Both the position numbers and the translations under genes were made by a program. A stretch of DNA of 64,000 nucleotides from Podarcis muralis (lineage: Eukaryota), in the NCBI RefSeq assembly GCF_964188315.1, contig NC_135661.1, forward strand, positions 75,206,001 through 75,270,000. The letters are read 5' to 3'. Below are positions 62,533 through 64,000 of this stretch, piece after piece. The notes below the pieces were generated by a model. It was not told the DNA's origin, did not search any database, and worked only from the letters and a program-made list of their open reading frames with translations. Each line of letters starts with the position of its first letter. The first letter of the stretch is position 1.

Positions 62533-62678
62533 CATAGAATCACAGAATTGCAGAGCGGAAAGGGACACTGAGTGTCATCTAATTCATCCCTCTGCAATAC
62601 AGGAGTCTTTTGCCCAACATGGGGCTCGAACCCATCACCTTGAGATTGAGAGTCTCACGCTCTACCAACTGAGCTACC
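62533..62678 (-). mobile_element. tRNA-Lys-derived SINE with CR1-like tail
   Basis: Minus strand GGTAGCTCAGTTGGTAGAGCGTGAGACTCTCAATCTCAAGGTGATGGGTTCGAGCCCC followed by a CR1-like ...ATTCTGTGATTCTATG end. Confidence 0.75.
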
Positions 62679-63659
62679 CCAGGTCCATCATAGGTTTAGC
62701 AGAGCCCTCCATGGAAAACTCAATTTTCCCCTGCTGATTATTTGTGCCTGATCATCTGTTGCCTTTTTAAAAGCATATCTAAGGTTCTCAGTCATCCCTT
62801 CTTTCAACTGAGTATTTTACCTTCCCTTGAATATCCCTCCCTTGGAGGAATATTTGGGGGAGGTTCTTAAAAATGTTTTCAGTATTGTTTACAGTCATTT
62901 TGGCAAATCATATTGCGAGTTGTCTTGGGCCCTACTGTGTGGGGTAGAGAAGAATACTATTTACATTTCTATTCTATTATTTCTATTATTGATATTCTTC
63001 TTCTGGATATGTCTAATTTCCTTGTGGCTTAGGGCCTCAGTAAGTGGAGAAAGGGAGGCACAAGGGCCATCACTCTTGCTTTTGGACTCACCATAATTCA
63101 ACTTGAAACATGAAAGCTTTGGCCACCCAACATTCCAGGCATGCACCATACCCTCTTCTTTGTTGTTGCTCCTCTCTGTTGCAACCCAAACAAAAAAAAC
63201 CAGAATGGCCACCCAGCTTCTGAGAGTCTTGCTTTTCAACTGTCATGGAATTTTCCCTCCTTCCATGAACAGAGGGTTGTCTCCAACTAAGTTCTACTCA
63301 GAATAGACTGGTTGAAATGAATGGACTAAGTCAGGCCCATTCATTTTAATGGGTCTTTTCTAAGTAGTCAGGGTTCATAAATTCCAAATATTTCTCAAAG
63401 TGATATCAAAATGATATTTGAGAATCATTTGAAAAGAGGTCTGTACCCTAATCTCCTGTATAAGGAGGCATCTAGCTCCCAATTTTCTTTGCCTGGGTTG
63501 CAGATATGTCTGTTTAATGCAGGAAACATGATCCATTAAGAATTTAATTTGACCAAATTTGTATTACTGGCTTTTGGTGAAAAGCTAGGTTGTCAAGTTC
63601 TTGTCTGAATGTTGATATTTTGATCTATTTAAAGTTTAAGATTTATAAGGCTGCTTATT

Positions 63660-64000
63660 TTATTTTATTTATTTTATTGCATTTTTCTTTTTTAAAAAAA
63701 TACGATAGCATACATTAAACATTACATTTGGGGGTGGGGATAAACAAGTATACCAAATTATTCAAAGGATACAAACAGTGATTTGATTTATCTATACGCC
63801 AAGTTCCCAGAAAGAAATTACATTTGTACTCCTTTTCTTTCTTTGCAGTCACCTTTCTGTTCCGGAAAACTATTTAAAATCCCTTCTATGTTAGTTGACT
63901 TCCCTCTATCTCTTTGCGGTTTCAATACTTTCCTTAGGTAGTAAGTGTTCTGAATTCATTTATTAATCTCAGTTTTTCCTGTATATCTGTGAAATTAATC
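63660..64000 (-). mobile_element. L1-type LINE 3' end
   Basis: T-rich tail and AT-rich 3' UTR resembling the other L1 ends in the window. Confidence 0.45.

Noticed and set aside
62602-62678. tRNA-Lys gene
   Set aside because: The anticodon arm and stems are mutated and it runs into a CR1-like tail, so it is a SINE head.

Overview
Vertebrate genomic DNA, almost certainly a squamate and probably a lacertid lizard (Sauria SINEs with ACCTTT tails, Bov-B, CR1, L2, Rex1/Babar, Penelope, L1 and many small DNA transposons). The main content is a tandem array of six spliced four-transmembrane genes of the PMP22/EMP/MP20(LIM2)/claudin superfamily, largely invisible in the ORF track and reconstructed here by hand from GT-AG boundaries. 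Genes A-E lie on the + strand and gene F on the - strand. Each has four coding exons (exon 4 of A not located), and every intron is phase 1. They most resemble LIM2/NKG7/CLDND2-type genes but are strongly diverged from one another. Notable mobile-DNA structures: tandem minimal hammerhead-ribozyme motifs in a Penelope fragment, a MITE built from nested hairpins and a 109-bp palindromic minisatellite, three diverged copies of a ~1.1-kb non-coding L1-like retroposon (one with a 108-bp flanking duplication), and an internally deleted Copia fragment. Family names come from motif recognition, not database searches. Counts and identities were made by eye.
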